A DNA stretch of 64,000 nt. Source: Gordius albopunctatus. Lineage: Eukaryota. The translations under genes were made by a program, and so were the position numbers. How positions within the stretch are numbered: position 1 is the stretch's first letter; each line of letters starts with the position of its first letter. The notes below the pieces were generated by a model. The model searched no databases. It saw nothing but the letters and a program-made list of their open reading frames with translations, and was not told the origin of the DNA. The stretch covers positions 992,001-1,056,000 of the forward strand of contig OZ193909.1 of NCBI GenBank assembly GCA_964276515.1, in the 5' to 3' direction. This document shows, in pieces, positions 12,790 to 25,900 of this stretch.

Positions 12790-14380
12790 ATATATATTAG
12801 AATGAATATGATATTCTCTTGACAGAGTGATCGGGATCTGGTGCTAGGCAGGACGGAAATTATTATTTATCTCGTTAGGGGAGGGTACGACTTGGGAAAG
12901 TGGGACGAAGAGAAGGTTTTCCACTCCGCCCTGTCCTGCATTATAGGGAGGAGTGAATTCCAATCGTGGTTGAGGGACCTGAGTTGCTGAAAGGTTTGAT
13001 AAATCCAGCTTTCTCTGCATTTGAGGGTTTGTAATTGCGGGGGTCTCCAAAAAATAGAACTTAGACATATGTTAATACCACTGCGTCTAGACTGATGTGC
13101 CAGGAAGTTCCATTTACGAGAAATTATTACGTTTTTAATGGGAGGGATTTTACAAAGGGTCCAGAGGTTGACGTTGCTGATTACTTCCGGGAAGAAGCTA
13201 TTACATACTATCTTTAGCATTTTGTTGAGTTTTGTTTGGGCCGTTCTAAGAGTCGGGCCTTTGAGAGACCATGTTTCACAACCGTAGAGTAGAATGGGTA
13301 AGATGGTGGTTTTGAACATGCGGAGGCGGGTTGGTAGGGCCAGTTCATGTGACTTCCATATAGAGTAGCACTAGTAGAATTTTTTCAGGGCTTTTCCTAT
13401 TTTATTTGTGATGTCTAAAAGGGAGTATGTGTCGTGGGAGAGAGTGACTCCAAGATAATTAACTGAATCTGAGATGGGGACTAGAGTATTACCAATGAGA
13501 ACTGGTTTTGATTGCAATGGTAAATTGATTAATAGGATATTGGATTTGTTGGGGTTTATCACTAGACCCGCTTTCTGGGTCTCCATGGTGAATCTGTCAA
13601 TAAAGTTCTGAGTTCTGGAGATCGAGTCGGAGACTATGCATAGATCGTCTACGAATAAGAGGGAATATATTTTTTGTTCGCCCAAGATGATACCTTCAAA
13701 TGGAAGTGTCGATCTCTTTATTATGAGGTCCATGGCAGTGATGAATATGAGAGGTGAGAGTGGGCACCCCTGCCTAACTCCAGAATTGACTAAGATAGGG
13801 TTGGACCGGTGGTGCAGATGTTTGACGACCACTTTCATGTCTTTATAGAGATAGAAGATAAGTCTAATGATTTTTTGGGGGATACCAATGAGGCATAAGG
13901 ATTCCCATATGTAGAGGTGGGAGAGTGAGTCAAAAGCTTTATGGATGTCAACAAAGGTCAGGATTAGGGGTGTTTTTGCTTTGGTAGGTAATTAGACTGT
14001 CAAGGGGGATATCGTTGAAGGTTAAAGGAACCATAAATTTGTGTTTGGCGCACCATTTTTTAAGCATTTTGCCATTTCTATTGGTCGGTCCAATAGAGTT
14101 GGATCCTATGCAGAAGGGGTTGTCATTGGCGTTACGTGTTAGGGAGGAATTGAAGTCTCCTAAAATTATTTTTATACTTTTAAAGTTTAGATTCCTTTCG
14201 TGTTGTATGTTAAGGAAGAAGTTTTCCGCAGAGATAAAGTTTTTTGAGGAAGGGGGAGTATAGACATTGAAAATAGAAAGGATTCGGTTTTTAATAAATA
14301 CGTGGGCTATGATCAGGCGGTTGTTGACAAAGTTAATACTTTTTACTTTCAGCGTTTTTTTAATGAAAATACCGACCCCG
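12790..14380 (-). mobile_element. Degenerate LINE (APE-type, RTE-like) with internal deletion
   Basis: Endonuclease remnant (GVGIF..IILGDFNS..NRNG) joined near 13990 to RT (SGVRQGCPLSP, LFVDDL) and C-terminal LLYGCETW. Confidence 0.8.
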
Positions 14381-15239
14381 GATAATTAAATTCCACTATA
14401 CTGCCGATACGTCCATTGGTCATACGCTATTTTATTTGTTTGACAATAAACCAGGACTACTAAATTGGTAGCACGTTTATCAAAGAAGCTGTTATATATT
14501 ATTATTATGCTCTTTTCTTGTATTATGAATACTAATATTTTAAAAAACATGTTATCTTAAAAGTTCTAATAAACATTTTAAATAAATGGAAAAATTAAAT
14601 TATTATTAATTACCTCGATTACTAAATGTGGCTTGTATTAGTATCTTCTTCCTCTATTTCAGAAATTGTATACTTTTTTAGGGTAATAATTAAAAATTAT
14701 ATTTCTTTTCATTTCAAAACACCTACTAGGGCTCAACATTTTTATATAATTCTTTTTATTCAGAACTAAATTTCAAATTAATTACTAAACTAACAAAAGT
14801 CCTAATGTCATTGAGTTTTTACATAAAATTTAGATTTTTTTTATTTTGTTTTATGAGGGGAGGGGGGGGGGGGTTCTAAATAAAGCCATGCAAAATTAAA
14901 TTTCTTCTGTCCGAGCCCGACCTCTCAATTTTTATTTTTCCCGAGCCAGGTCCGATCCCGAAAGACTTTTTTATTTTTGGCCCCACCCGATTTTTTGAAT
15001 AAAATTTTTGGGAAACTATTTTTTTGAAAATTATTTTACCATCGAAATATAAAATGCATTAGATTGTTATTAATCGTAATGATAAGTTTGAAGTATGAAA
15101 TCCATTTTCACTCGTTATACTTTAGTCAGCTAATAATTTAAAACTAAAAATCTAACTTTATAAAATATATTTTTAGCAATTATAAATAAAATTTGAAATG
15201 TTTACCTATTTTTTTTGAAATAAATAAAAAATTTCTATG

Positions 15240-17555
15240 TTATTTGCAAAATGAATTTAACCGTCGGCAGGTTAGGTCAAACAGCGGTATACAAAAAATT
15301 ACATACACGACTAAAAAAATATAAAAACGCGCTATAACTAAACGGATGGCATTGATCCAAGTATGTAAATCGTGTAGGATTTAACGATTTCCATTGTGAT
15401 CTTTTGCCTGATAAAAAGTACTCTTTCAAATCTAAAGAGAAGCTGGAGATCGCTTTTCCAATTTTTTTCAGGAGAGCGAGAGCTTTAACGCCTAAATTTC
15501 CAATTGTGGTTGCCACTACGGTAATGAATATTGTGTCCGCGAGGGAAGAATATTTTACTGTCTTCCAATTCTCTGCAATGACTATAAGGTCGGGAGAGGA
15601 GTTGGATGAGGCGAATATGTCGACCGTGGTGAAGTCCCAAGTGAGATTCAGTCCACGGGATCATGGGATGAGTGTGACTTGTTGATCGCCGTGTGTCTGG
15701 GGTTACGGCCTTTGCTGTATTTGCAATGGAGGGGATGATGACCATTGGGTTGAACCGGCTGTTTGCTGAGATCGTATACGAAAGGGGATACTATGTCGCA
15801 TCCGAGACGGAGGCCTATGGCTATGCATAACTAATCCCCAGACATATGAAGTCCCAAATTCCTGCTCGGGATAGCTTCGAGCCATTCGTAACCGCTCTCG
15901 GAAGAGGCCCAATTGAAAAGGGATTTTCCCTGACGGAACGTGCTATTAGGGGAAGATCCCATTCCTTTTGGGTCACACCGAGTGGTCGTTCGGCTGACTC
16001 GAGCTTGTCCGCGTCCCACCTGTGGAGAGCCTTCTGCAGGTGCGGGTCTGGGAGGGATGTCATGGCAGAGATAAGGGGGTCGGTATTCATGCGCGAAGAT
16101 ATAAAACCCGCTAATTCTATCTGTTGCGGAGATCGAATACCAATTCCCCCACTCTTAGAAGGGAGGGATGCCTGAAGCCATTGGACTGGAGTAAACTTTA
16201 TATTTAAGCAGGTTTCAAAAAGAGTCTGAATGTTTCGTTCGATTACATTTAATTTCTCTGGGCAGTCAAAGATAGGTGAAGCTCGCAAGGCGTGATTTAT
16301 TTTCGGAATTAGCAGAAAAATTTAGCCGGAAAATGCATGTTGTGGAGTTAGTTCCTGCAGGGTAGGTTTGACAGACTCTATGAAAGTTAAAAATTTGGCC
16401 AAAAAGCGTTGGTAAGATATGGGCCCACCTAGCGGTGCGCCTAGGTGGCTGAACTGGTCGAGAGTGAGAACCGGAAAGGGGAGTGTTGAGGGATCTATTG
16501 AAGGATGCCTGTTGTATACTTCATATTTTCAGTGGTTGAGTTCGAGGCCAATTGAATCTGAAAAGGATTCAATTATATATCGGTATTTTACGTAAATCCG
16601 TCGTCTATGTACCATAGGTTGCAAAAAATGCTTCCTGTGATAGACAGTTTCTGGATGATCCACTGTATAGCTTGGCAGAAAAACGCTGGGCCTAGGGGAT
16701 CGCCTTGCTGTATCCCACTAGAGGAGTGTATTATCTTGTCCCCAAACAGTAGAAAGGATGGGGCTCCATAACTATTGATGGCGTATGTGTAAAATTGCGT
16801 GTATGCCTTATGAAAGGGTGCGAGAAACGCCGCCCTATTGACGCTGTTAAAGGCGTTTTTAAAGTCTAGTTTTACTAAAAGATCTGTCTGGGGTGATTAT
16901 TCAAAAAGAATTCGGGCCGTATGCGTTCCGAAGCCTAATTGGTTGGGAAGAAGGGAACATGCCAAAGAGGCGCGAATTTTTATTGTGATTAATTTGGAAG
17001 CAATTCTCCGTAAAACTGACCCAATAGCGATGAGACGAATTGAGCCGTCAGGTTTATTAAAGGCCAACAGTTTTGCTCCAAAAAGAATTTGGGATATTTC
17101 TGGAGGGAATTGGCCCCTTATTATAATGTTGCTGAGGTGTGTTAGATTCGTGAGTAAGCTTTGTGAGCCGCTTATGTAGGGCTTAATTAGGTCCTGCAGA
17201 AAAATGTGGCGAATTCATCTAGACCTGCTGCATAATCTTTTTAAAAATAATTTATTGCATTTGTAACTTCTAAAATAGTGAAGTCGATGATTGGGGTTGG
17301 TGGGGTTTCCTTCAGTTAGGGGGTTAACGCTTTACCCTCAGGGTGTTTGGCGAGAAGAAGATCGTATATAGCATTGGTGGGGGGGGGGGAATGCGATCAA
17401 ATCGGAAGAACACAGAATACGGAGAGCTGAGTTATTTTGTAAAGCATTAATTTTTTTGCTATTGCTTTAGCGCAGATGCTATTCTTAAAGCCAAGTACAA
17501 TTTTAAATCGCTCGCGGATTCTTGGCCAATTTTGGAAGATCCCCTCGATGATGAT
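15240..17555 (-). mobile_element. Degenerate CRE-clade non-LTR retrotransposon (RT plus restriction-like endonuclease), 5'-truncated
   Basis: Minus-strand motifs IRLIAIGSVLRRIASK, QLGFGT, KLDFKNAFNSV, GIQQGDPLGP, QASLPSKSGGIGIR, VTLIP*SRGLNLTWDFTTVD..AENWKTVKY; flanked by halves of a CCCGA-repeat MITE (about 14900 and 17710). Confidence 0.75.
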
Positions 17556-18406
17556 ATATCAGAATATTTTGTCTTTTATATTTCATGTATTTATATTATA
17601 TTACTGTCAACGGATTTTTCACAAAAAACTTTTAAAAAAAATATTTAATATCGAGTTGTGTTCATTTAAATCATATTTTATAAAAGATTAGTTTGCTTTA
17701 GTTCAATTTGGGCCTCGGGTCGGGCCCCGATTATTTTGGGGCAGGGTTATTTATTTGAAAGAGATTATTCAAAACAAACTTTAAACAAGGGCAAACACAA
17801 AATTAACTACAACCTTGTTATGAGGGTAGCTAGAGAAGTTAAACACGAGAAGGGGGAGGGGCATATTATAATGTTTAGTAGTAAGAAATGTTTTCGATTA
17901 AAATAGGCGAACATGGACAGGCAGGATCGCCTGTAAATATTATCTTGTATATGTATGTTTAGTGGCAGTGTCTAGTAAATTTTATTAATTATAATCATAT
18001 CATCTTATTCTACATTCCAAATATTCCTTTTAATAAAGGTATAAAACGGCATATATAATATTTACACATTTTACTTTTTTTCTTGGCCGTCCAAATCTTA
18101 TTCTCAGGTACGTTTTATTATTTTCGAAAGAAATAACTTGAAATTTATTAAATTCTTGTAATAATTATCTTTCAAATATAATGTATTTGATAAAATAGTC
18201 ATTTAATCGCCGTACGTATTCTCAAATGTTATAAACGATTTTTTGCAAAAAATCGCATGGTTATCATTTCGTCGAGAAAATTAATTCACATCCAATTCCT
18301 AATGGTACATTTATGTAAAAATTCACGATTATAGATTAGTCTTGAAATAACAATTATTTATATCGTGGTAGGCATATATGCAAAAAAAATTATAATTAAA
18401 TAATAA

Positions 18407-18793
18407 CACGGTTCAACAAGAAAAATTAACGGGCAAACTGTTTGCAGATTCTGGTAGAGTTTTTCACTGTGAACACAAATATGCTTTTAGTTTTTTACCT
18501 ATACGTTAAGTTTTTTAAATATTCGCTGTCAAAGTTGCCAAAAACGCGATTTTAGCGTTTTTCAAACGTCAATAACTTGCAAATTAGTCGGTAAAAATTT
18601 TATTTAATAGATTTAATACGTAGATATAGGGGACTAAAATCGCGTTTTTGGCAACTTTGACAGTGAATATTTAAAAAACTTGACGTATAGGGGAAAAACT
18701 AAAAACATATTTGTGGTCACCGTGAAAAACTCTACCAGAATCTGCAAATAGTTCGCAGGTTAATTTCACAAGTCCATTATTTGTTGAACCCTG
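18407..18793. mobile_element. Tc1/mariner-type MITE with about 150-bp inverted arms
   Basis: Long inverted repeats ending ..GAACCCTG|TA; a partial second copy lies at about 45510-45706. Confidence 0.7.
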
Positions 18794-19994
18794 TAATTAA
18801 AGTAAGCGATAATTTGAGAAATTAATTACAGTTCAATGGTTTAAAATTTTGATAGTTCTCGAAACTAACCCATAATTATTATGATTAAAGTTATTTATGT
18901 TATTAAATATCGTTGAAATATCACAAAATTATTAATATTACATATTAATTTGTTGGTATTAACACGTTTTTTGCTAAATTACATTCAGGCTAATTTCTGT
19001 TATTCTTGTATTTTATCTATTACCTACTAGCGTTTAAAAACGACTGGGTTCTGCTTGGTCAACCTTTCATTTCAGTCGACTAATCATTAATATACCAAAG
19101 GTTTTTTGGTCTCTAATTCTCGTTCAACCTCTAGGCTTAGTCAAAATTTGAAAAACAGACCAGAGTAAGGATACCAAAACGAAATCTATCTATTACAAAT
19201 TCTAAGGTTTAACAATAAGGTGGTATATGTTTATTTTTACTTCCAATTTTATTCATCAACTTGCTTTGATTGCCTGTATAGATATTTAGGTGTCTTTTAA
19301 TATATTATTTTCTTATTTCATCTCAAAAATACTTTAATCATACACCTTAAAAAATTCTAAAATTATTTCGATGCAATTCTCTAATATAAATTGATATAAA
19401 TGTGTAAAAAGGACGTTTTCTAGCAAAAAAATATTTGTTTATCAATGAAATATAGTAAATTCGCAAAATATTATTAATGATCCGCGTTACAAATTCAATG
19501 ACAAACATTTTATCACACCAAGGCGATACCTCTCCCCCCTCTTCAATTAAATTTCTCGCAGGTTTATAAATTCTGCGAATTATTATTTAATCTACAAATA
19601 TAAACCTTATACAAATATAAAATAACATAATATTTGAGTTTGTTTTCACGTGACATCACACCGAGAACCTATGTGTATTTATGGCGATATAAGTTTGGGA
19701 AGGGACAGAGTAAATTTTTAAAATTTTAATCATGAGATCAGGGACGGGGGGGGGGGACAAATGACCACCACGCCCTCACCCCTAGTAGATTTATAAATAT
19801 TTTGCAACAGCTACTTATATTAAAATTTTTAGTATTTTTTAATTAGAATATCAAACAAGTTTTGAAAATTAATCTCATAATATATAATAAAATATGTTTT
19901 ATCAAATTTTATTTGTATTTAATTATTATATCGTTTAGGATTAGTTTTTATGAGCCAGTGTTATCCACGTGGAAAGTTGGAAGAATCTTTTTAA

Positions 19995-22900
19995 ATGCCA
20001 ACCGCGATGAAACTACTCACCCTCCCCCTCAGGGGTATGAGAAGAGGGCGTTCCCGTTCTCATCCCTCAAAACTGCTATTACTCCCACCCCTAGGCATTT
20101 TACTATGGTACGCTGCCCTAACGCTCATAGCGTTATGGGCACAGCCCGATAGCTTACTCTCGGCTCGTATATCAACTTCGTTTGCTGCTTGGCGCCCTTA
20201 TCCTCGCTTACTAGACGCTACTTCGTCTTCTTACGCTTTACGCTCGCCCAATATGGGCGCTATTCCCATGTCATCCAGAGTTATGGTTGTGGTAGAGCAA
20301 TCCGATGAAGCTATGGTAAAGGCCTACGCCCCTAGGCTCGATCTTAAGGCAGCGACGGTCGTGCATTCCCGAAGACAAATTACTACTTTGCTTCAGGTGA
20401 AAACAGCATATAGTTTTAGTTTTGTTTTTCTTTTTTATAACCCTTAGTAGTGTTGTAAAAACGTATGGGTTTGCTTGGTCGACCTTTGGTTTTACTAAGA
20501 CCCACGGTCGAGTGTGTAGAGGTTGACCAAGAAAAACAGACCAAAAAACCTTTGGTTTGTTGATGTTCAGTCGTTTAAAAGCAACGGTCGACCAAACAAA
20601 ACCTAGCCGTTTTACAACACTAATTTAACCACGGGCGTAGATAAGGGGGGGGAGGGGAGTGGCGGCTACCCCCATCTAAATCCAAAATTTGTTGAAATCT
20701 CAGAAAATTATGGCTAGAAGTTCAAAAAATATTCATTTTGCCCATCCTTTAATCATTATTGCCCAACGCTGACTACACCCATACCCTTAACTATGACATT
20801 TAAAAATGTCTACTTAATTATGAACATAGTTGTGAATTAAAAAACAGAGTTAGTGGTTTTATTTGGTTTTTGATCATTTACACTGGTGGAAGTTATTAAG
20901 AAGTCCATATTTTCGTTTCATTGGGGTTTTTGAGATATGTTAAAAAAGGCAGGCCCGAGGGCCTTTAAAATATAAAGATATATATAAATTTTGAATAAAA
21001 TTTTAAACTAAAAAACGTCTATCTTGCTAATAGATTGGTCATCATGGGCGTAGCCAGCGTTTGAATTAGAAGAAGGGCAATAATGATGTAGAGACGGGCG
21101 AAATGATCATTTTTGAAATAGGAGCCCTAATTTTTAGAAATTTTAACAGATTTTTGGATTTTGAGGGTGGCAGCCGCCCCTCCCGTCCCCCCCTCTCTTG
21201 GCTCTGCCCGTGAGATTGTTGATTTTTGCTATTTCACATGTTGTTTAATAGGCCAACAGAATCCCGTTCGACATAATTAACGGAATACCCTCTCTGACTA
21301 AATTGATACAACCTTACGATCCACCCATACGGACCACGGTCTACGACGTGATTATATTTGAAAATGCCCGCCTCTACAACGATATCCTAGCCCGTCTCTC
21401 GCCTTTTCAACTCGTAGCGCTGGGCACCTATTGCCAAGCCCACGGTACCGCCCTCGTCGTCCTACCCACGTTTTATGCGTCCTCACCCCCACGGCGATCT
21501 CAAAAGGGAGATGGGGTAGGTTAAAAGCGAAGTTTTTAATGCTATTTTTGGAGTTAACTTTAGGTTTGGCCTTTAGTTTATATTAAAAATTGGCGATTTT
21601 TGACAAAATTTTGCAAAGGAAACTCTGCGAGAAGTCATTCTCTTTATCAGTTTAAGCGATTAAAACGAATTGTTATGTTTCCCGAGAGTTTTTGTGGGAT
21701 GAAGTGAATTTATCTAAATCATTATTATCTTGTAATTCTTTAAGTATAATAAAATCGCTGGTTTGGATTGATAAAGTAGGTAGAAGGAAATGGAACGCGA
21801 TATCTCAGGCTATTATAGATATAGCCCTATGTCTTTTTTTTGTATTACGCTTATATATGTAACTTTGTTTACGTGAAAATAAACTTTTTAACCATCAATT
21901 ATGGATTGAATATACAATATGCAATCAATATTTTTGAAATTCCACAACCACCCACAGGTCATGGCTTCCCCTTTTTATCCCTTCACCGAGGTCGACGCCC
22001 GACAGATGACCGATATGAGAGCTCACGCCACTCCAGATGATCCCATCTTGCGAATAACTAAATGCGACGACGTGCCTCTAACCGATGGTCCCTTTTATCC
22101 CAACGCCACCGTCTTTGGTTTCAACGACGTTTCCATAGCCACAGGTAGTAGTAGTGTCGCAAACTGGCGAACAGCTGATTTTATGTCGCTGAAAATTATT
22201 AACTAATGGCAAAGGGAAAAATGAGAACAGTGAAGCATTATCCTGCCATACATATGTCTTAAGCATTTAATTAGGTTTGTTGATATAAAACCCTCAAATA
22301 TTGGGAACTACATCCCTTAGTAAATAACTATCAGCTGTTTTCTTGGGCAAGGTCAGAATTCCAATAAGAGGGGGGGGGCAATAATGATTTTAGAAATGGC
22401 GAAATGAACATTTTTTGAAATTTTAGCCATAGTTTTAATAAATTTCAGCAAATTTTTGGATTTAGAGGGGACAGCCGCCTATTCTTGCCCCCCCCTCCTT
22501 GGCTATGCCCATGATGGGCCCCGAGTTAAAAGATAGTGAATTAGTAGAAGGATGTTATATAACTCGTTCTATCACTCTTTTAAAGTAGCGCAAGCAAACA
22601 TGATAAAAATTCCTTTCTTTATACCCTCTTTCCATCTCTCTCCACTCTTTAGGCACCAACGATTGGTGGTGGTCACGTAACTCGATACCCTTGGCCACAG
22701 CACAACTGACCCCGGCTCAATCATGTGATCAATTGGGTCCGACTTGTTTAGACGGTAAAAGTAGAGTACCCCTAGCTTTGCTCAAAGATTTGAACGTCAA
22801 AAAGCAACTGGACGGGGTAGGGGCCGCCAATCAGAGTACGGATAGTGTTGGCAACAAAATTAGTGTAGCTTTCCTAGGAGGCTCCCCCGAGCTATGGCAA

Positions 22901-25900
22901 TTTAGGTTGCTTCTTTTGGACACGGTACTCTACTACTTATTTCGCGCTAATACGGCGCGCTCTAACGAAAATGAACCGAGCGCTGGCGCTACAAGCGTAG
23001 CGTTTAACGCTCGAATCGAAGAGTTTCGTCTTAACCTGTTAGACCGATGGGTGCTGGTAGACATAGATGACGGTTTCGTTGGCGAAACCGACCCCACCGT
23101 GAACGAAATTAAGGTTAGAAATTCGTAAAAGTTGCTCGCTAGGGTGGTCCTTAATTTTTTTTCGAACCTGGGTTAGTTTGCATTCCCGGTCTATATAAAC
23201 CAGATGATAAACTCTCCCCAATTTTAAAGTTTTAAAAACACGCAATTTTATTCGTATATATTTGAAGGTTTCGCACTTAATTTGAGCCCTTCATCTGTGT
23301 ACGTAGTAGTGACTTTCTATTTTATTAAACTTTAAAGTATGGCATAGATCATATTGGTCCTTTAGTATCTGCTACGGGTTTAAGCATTGTCTTAATTGCT
23401 TTAGCGATATAATTTTGATTACGAATCATCAAAAATTTAAAGGCAACCTCTATGTTTTGTTAATGCAAATAGGAAACTTTTATAAAATTGATAAAGAAAT
23501 TATTGAATACCACCGTAAGTCGTTAATATTACAGCAGCAATTTGAATTGCATGACTTTTTTTAATCATAATGCAGGCTATGATGAAGTTTCAAGAAGAGG
23601 TTAGAAGCAAAGTTCCCAACTTTACCTTCAACATAGGCTATTCAGCCCTATTTTACCCGGCCTACGCCCAATTTTCCGGCTACGGGTACCGGTATTTAGT
23701 AGGTAAACACGATTTTGTGTCATTTCAAAATTTCTGTGATCGGCAGCGATTTATACACATTTTATCATGCATTTGCAACTTCAAATTGAGCGACGCTGCG
23801 AAAAAACTTGGCATTTCGAATAAAAAACTTGGCAGATATGTTGTTTTAAAATTCAAGCACTCCTTTCGACGAGGTTAAAATATTGACTAGCAAGGTAAAG
23901 GCCGTCCTGGGGACACTAAACCTCGCTAAACTTGATTATTTTATAAATGATAAATTTTTCAAACTTTGTAAACCTATCCGCCAAATGACCTCGCGCAACT
24001 GAATCAGTGTTAAGACACAAATTGCTGGACTGGAGTTATACGTAACTAAAATTTTTAAAATTCAAAAATGCCTTTTATAGTGAGAAAAATTTTAATTAAT
24101 ATTGTGATAAGTTCGAGGATCAAATAAAATCCCATTCGAATGGCCAGTTTTGGTCTAATAAGTAGATATTTTAGACATGTAACTTTTGAAAAATTTTTAA
24201 AATTTCAGAAATGTGATATTTAATGGGAAAAACAAGATCGAGTTGTAAAAACGGTTGGGTTTTTTGATCTACTTTTCGTTTTAGTCCACTAAACATAAAC
24301 ATACCAATGTTTTTTGGTCTGTTATTGTTAAGTGACCTCCAGGCTTAGTCGAAATTTGAAAAACAGACCAAAGTGAAGCGTAAATCGGAATTAAACCGAA
24401 AATCGACGAAACTAAACTCAGCCGTTTTAACAACAATACAACAAAACCTGGTTTCAAATTAGATTCAAAAGGAAGGGTTCATGAAACGAAATTGCGGATT
24501 TTTGAATTTTGGCGAATGTTCTATGATTAACTTGGCTCACACAAAAATGCACAAAAATAAAGCTTTTTCATCTTTATTCGATTTTATTAGAAAAAAATAG
24601 CAGAAATAATAAAACTTTAAAATCTTTTTTACGACTACTTAGAAAATCACGATAAATTTTGGTGGTTTCCTCATTCGTACGATCACAAGCCATCCTACGA
24701 CCAATTGAATCAAGTGGCATTGAACGACGAAATTACTCTGAATCAAAAATTTGGACAAGTAATCAAATTACAAATAAACATATATTTATTTTGTACGTTT
24801 TGACATTTTGCAAATTTTTATGAACATTCTTTTTTTTAGAACACAGGGTTGAAATGAAAAATATTATAATAACTCGGCTTTCATCTACAATATATAATAA
24901 ATAATATAAATATAGATATATCTTCTTCTTCTTTCTATGACTGCTTGTCACAGGCTAGTGGTCTGTCCTTTCAGCATTCATTTCCATTTGTTTCTATGTT
25001 TACATAAATCTTTATCTTATGAACTTTCATATCATGCCGTATTTTATGGATCCAGGTAAGCTTGGGTCTTCCTCTTCTTCGTTTTCCTGCGAAATTTATC
25101 ATCTCGATTTTCTTTCCTACGTAGTTCGACATGACCATACCATCTTAGTCTATTTGTTAGGAGCTTTGTCGTAATTGATGTAGTACCCAAAATTCTTCTT
25201 ATTTCTTCATTTCGCCTATGGTCCTTTTTGCTTACTCCTAGCACTCATCTTAGCATTCTCATCTCCATGGCCGCAATACGTTGCTCTTCTCTTTTACGTA
25301 TAGCCCATGATTCCGAGTTATACAGGACTGTTGGCTGTATGATGGATTTATACAGTGCGTTTTTTAGTCTTCTCAGGATGTTTTTGTCACACAGAACACC
25401 TGTCAAGTCCCTCCACTTGAGCCATCCGGAATTTATTCTTGCTTGAATTTCTTTATCCATTCCTCCGATTGCAGTGTTGATCTTAAATATTTGAAGGAAT
25501 CCACGCTTGTAAGTTGCTAATCGCCTAAAGTCAGGGATGCACTTTGCTGGTTTTCGTCCGATTTAAACTTTGTCTTCATGTATTCTGTTTTCTTTCGATT
25601 TACCCTGAGACCACTTTCTTCTATTGCATTTACCCATCTATTTACAGTATTAGCCAATTCTTGTTCACTTTTGGAACAGAGGATTATATAGTCTGCAAAA
25701 AACATTGCCCAAGGAGCTTCCTCGCCCAAATCCTTGTTAATATTATCCATTATCATTATGAATAGGAAGGGACTAAGAGCTCAAACTTGATGGACTTGAG
25801 TGTTAATGGCAAAGCCCTTTGCAGTCCGCACCGTTGTTCTAACGTACGTTCTATCTCCCTTTTACATATATTTATTGTTCTGACGTATACTTCTGACACA

